A stretch of DNA of 64,000 nt from positions 1,709,537 through 1,773,536 of the forward strand of contig OY282494.1 of NCBI GenBank assembly GCA_958296385.1, in the 5' to 3' direction. The translations under genes were made by a program, and so were the position numbers. A model generated the notes under the pieces. The model was not told the origin of the DNA. It did not search any database and worked only from the letters and a program-made list of their open reading frames with translations. The stretch is from an uncultured Dehalococcoidia bacterium. GTDB taxonomy: Bacteria; Chloroflexota; Dehalococcoidia; Lucifugimonadales; UBA3495. Of the stretch, positions 63,962 to 64,000 are shown in pieces (position 1 is the first letter of the stretch; each line of letters opens with the position of its first letter).

Positions 63962-64000
63962 TCAATTCAGCAGCAGCACCGCCCCGACCACCACCAGCCA
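63962..64000 (-). CDS. 3' end of a minus-strand gene running off the window (hydrophobic C-terminus ...LVVVGAVLLLN*)
   Basis: Own translation. The stop TGA is at 63964-63962. It could be another membrane (Yip1-like?) protein. Confidence 0.3.
   Translation of the reverse strand, partial: WLVVVGAVLLLN

Overview
High-GC bacterial chromosome segment. Spot counts give 45/60 G+C in a purL line and 29/60 in the TIR island. Gene content and the GTCATTCTGAGCG-type palindromic repeats suggest Chloroflexota, with low confidence. The backbone is housekeeping and metabolism: VOC and amidohydrolase genes, enoyl-CoA hydratase, an FKBP PPIase, an LLM oxidoreductase, SDR, purL, an MDR dehydrogenase, Ldh_2, TauE, rpiB, a Co-type nitrile hydratase with a split beta subunit, serS, lysS, greA, a glycosyltransferase plus flippase, tRNA-Leu/Cys/Leu, hspR-grpE-dnaK, a UGA-containing selD, an acyl-CoA dehydrogenase, hsp20 and dnaJ/cbpA-hspR-clpC. 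Several lower-GC accessory patches interrupt this backbone, and almost all are conflict-related. (1) 1.4-4.4 kb holds a decayed DUF1156/DUF499 defence module with an intact HEPN+zinc-ribbon gene and a DUF433 gene. (2) 17.6-21.1 kb holds a tightly coupled four-gene operon: an unknown helical protein, two ThsB-type TIR proteins and an Nmad2-like protein, with no recognisable Thoeris effector. This is my best candidate for an undescribed system. (3) 27.2-33.8 kb holds a Type ISP restriction-modification enzyme with an extra fused C-terminal module, an overlapping Cys-His hydrolase-like gene, and two tandem GxxxG-repeat small proteins upstream. (4) 35.1-36.6 kb holds two nuclease-fold genes between serS and lysS. 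(5) 41.1-47.5 kb holds a Type III-like Res/Mod pair. A roughly 500-nt non-coding element occurs twice in inverted orientation (38.8 kb and 63.5-63.96 kb). It has a 16-bp long-range helix with a compensatory base-pair change between copies, making it a candidate new structured RNA. All family assignments come from reading the translations and from memory; no searches were run.
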